Below, piece after piece: positions 16,433 to 18,169 of a stretch of DNA of 18,169 nt. Both the position numbers and the translations under genes were made by a program. Where the stretch lies: assembly GCA_964583985.1 (NCBI GenBank), contig CAZOYD010000065.1, positions 1 through 18,169 on the forward strand, given 5' to 3'. The stretch comes from an uncultured archaeon. Its GTDB lineage: Archaea; Asgardarchaeota; Lokiarchaeia; Sigyniarchaeales; SOKP01. Position 1 is the first letter of the stretch. Each line of letters starts with the position of its first letter. Below the pieces are notes generated by a model, which was not told the DNA's origin, searched no databases, and saw only the letters and a program-made list of their open reading frames with translations.

Positions 16433-16620
16433 GATAAATATTAAACGAAATAATATTAAAATTGAATTGTCATTAGACCATAAAACAAAACCTTATTAAT
16501 AAACAATCAACTGAGCTATATAATAAATTTAAAGCATAACCAATTGAAAATGAAGCTGCTACTCGTATTGTCCATACTTCAGAACAGGAAATTACAGTAT
16601 TGATAACGTAGATGAATGAA

Positions 16621-17133
16621 TTAAGCTCTATTTAACATCAATTTTGCTAGTTTCTTAAAAGATTTTTCGACATTTTCTCCTGTCTTGCTGGAACATTCAA
16701 GAAATAAATTTAACCTCATTTTCCTAGCGAGTTCGCTCCCTTCTTCTGGATTAACTTTTCTCATGTATTCTAAATCTGATTTGGCTCCGAGTAACAAAAT
16801 AGGAAAGGACTTTTTAGCTCCATTTACGATTGATAGCCAATTTGCCACATGTAAAAAGGAAGAGTAATCTGTAATATCGTACATCAATATACCGCCTCTG
16901 GCGCCTGCGATATAATGAGGAAACATGAATCGAAATCTTTCTTCACCAGCAAAATCCCATATCATTAATTTTACTCTCTGATTATCGACAATTACAGATT
17001 TGTATTCAAAATCTACCCCAATAGTCATACATCTATCTGGAATAAAAGCTTTAGTCAAAAAACGCTTCGCTAAGGATGTTTTTCCTGAACCGGCATCTCC
17101 AAAAATGACTACTTTAAAGATTTTGCCACTCAT
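16621..17133 (-). CDS. Rab-like small GTPase (Ras superfamily, Asgard type)
   Basis: G1 GDAGSGKTS, G2 TIGVDF, G3 WDFAGEERF, G4 GAKSD, G5 CSSK. RabF-like motifs IGVDF, KLMIW, YIAGA and LMYDIT. No C-terminal cysteine prenylation motif. Confidence 0.92.
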   Translation of the reverse strand: MSGKIFKVVIFGDAGSGKTSLAKRFLTKAFIPDRCMTIGVDFEYKSVIVDNQRVKLMIWDFAGEERFRFMFPHYIAGARGGILMYDITDYSSFLHVANWLSIVNGAKKSFPILLLGAKSDLEYMRKVNPEEGSELARKMRLNLFLECSSKTGENVEKSFKKLAKLMLNRA

Positions 17134-17502
17134 TTTTATAATTTCTTTTTTTCGTTTTAATTATAGTGATCATTAAATGTGAATTTCAAGGGTATACCTA
17201 CCCATTAAACGCACATGCATACAGACCCTCTTAAGTTTAGATATAATTTTTCCATTTTTGTAAAAAATATATCAAATTTACAAATAGCACTGTTCCTATT
17301 TAAATCTTTTCAATCTATATTTCCAATTAACTAAAAATTTGCAATATTTTAGCTGAAACTCAATATCAAGAAAGAATTGGAGATCTTTTTCATTTCTGTT
17401 CTATGAATAAAGAGTGAAATTGTCACTATAACTGCATCAGAAACCATATTTTGGTAATTCTAATTTAGAAATCAATTTTTTTTTTAGTATAGTTTTCCCC
17501 GC

Positions 17503-17922
17503 TCAGGTTGGTGGATCAGGGGGTTTTTCAGGAAATGGTGATTGGGATCCATAATCAGCACCAAATTTGTCAGGATTTTTTAATATTTCTTTTATTTTGG
17601 AAATTAAATCTATTCTTAATCCTGAACTAGTAGAAACAGCTAATACATCTTTTGGTCCTGCTTGTAAAATTAATAAGTAACCATTGCTTCCTTTAGCAAA
17701 AAACGTATCGAATTTATCCATATTTATCTCTTCTACCGCGCTTTTAGATAAGGAAAGTAAAGCTGCAATTATCGCTGAAATTTTCGTCTCATCAACACCT
17801 TGTGGGAGCACTGACGCGATATGAGATCCTTCAAAAGTTACAATCGCAGCATATTCTACTTCGGGAGCTAGCGTTAAAATTGATTGCAAAATGCCATCAG
17901 TTAATGGTCTCATATAAGTCAC
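17503..17922 (-). CDS. Roadblock/LC7 (MglB-like) domain protein with Pro-rich tail
   Basis: EVEYAAIVTFEGSHIASVLP..VDETKISAIIAALLSLS...KGSNGYLLILQAGPKDVLAV. GTG start at 17922 or ATG at 17913. Confidence 0.88.
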   Translation of the reverse strand: MTYMRPLTDGILQSILTLAPEVEYAAIVTFEGSHIASVLPQGVDETKISAIIAALLSLSKSAVEEINMDKFDTFFAKGSNGYLLILQAGPKDVLAVSTSSGLRIDLISKIKEILKNPDKFGADYGSQSPFPEKPPDPPT

Positions 17923-18169
17923 GTTTTAGTTACTTTTTATTAATATATGGATTAGCATATTAATTAATATACATATTTGTATATATGATTTTATTTTATC
18001 CCATTTTATCATTTTCTCAGTAAAATTACATAATGCTTGCTCAATTTTGTCCAACTTGTCATTTTAAGAAATATTTAATACTTTGAGAATATTAAAACCA
18101 TAAATATCAAGGATGAAAAGCGTAGGAAAGATACGTGAACTCTCTTTATTTTTCATGATCTATGGTCAT

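Noticed and set aside
2488-16867. Other short antisense ORFs in the track (2488, 4881, 7002, 9030, 9337, 10643, 11348, 12262, 13126, 13916, 15153, 16141, 16685)
   Set aside because: All lie opposite well-supported genes and have shadow-ORF composition.
17134-17502. 369-nt intergenic gap containing a ~32-codon minus-strand ORF (MVSDAVIVT...)
   Set aside because: No recognisable homology and no convincing RNA structure seen.
17923-18169. Short minus-strand reading frames at the window end (MKNKESSRIFP...*, then NDKLDKIEQAL...)
   Set aside because: Interrupted by stops with no recognisable family; cannot support a gene or pseudogene call.

Overview
AT-rich archaeal DNA, most likely an Asgard archaeon (Lokiarchaeia-like). 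This is inferred from a Rab-like small GTPase without a lipidation tail, a roadblock/LC7 protein, a BAR-domain-like protein and a membrane-anchored beta-propeller. The left half holds a six-gene minus-strand operon of the E. coli yehL/yehM/yehP/yehQ type: SWIM-like Zn finger, two related helical proteins, MoxR AAA+ ATPase, DUF5682 and VWA. It is flanked by nucleic-acid-binding genes: a convergent protein with three Sulfolobus-SSB-like OB folds fused to a HIRAN domain, a stand-alone Smr domain, and a divergent topoisomerase-type Zn-ribbon repeat protein. The key observation is that the 3xOB-HIRAN protein and the otherwise unrelated SWIM protein end in nearly the same 17-aa tail (VIDWRPVILLPEDAMAF* vs VIEWRPVEILPEDFFAF*). 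This suggests a shared docking tag linking an ssDNA/3'-end sensor to the MoxR-VWA machine. The right half has GAPN, malic enzyme and several eukaryotic-signature-like genes. All family calls come from motif recognition by eye; no searches were run.
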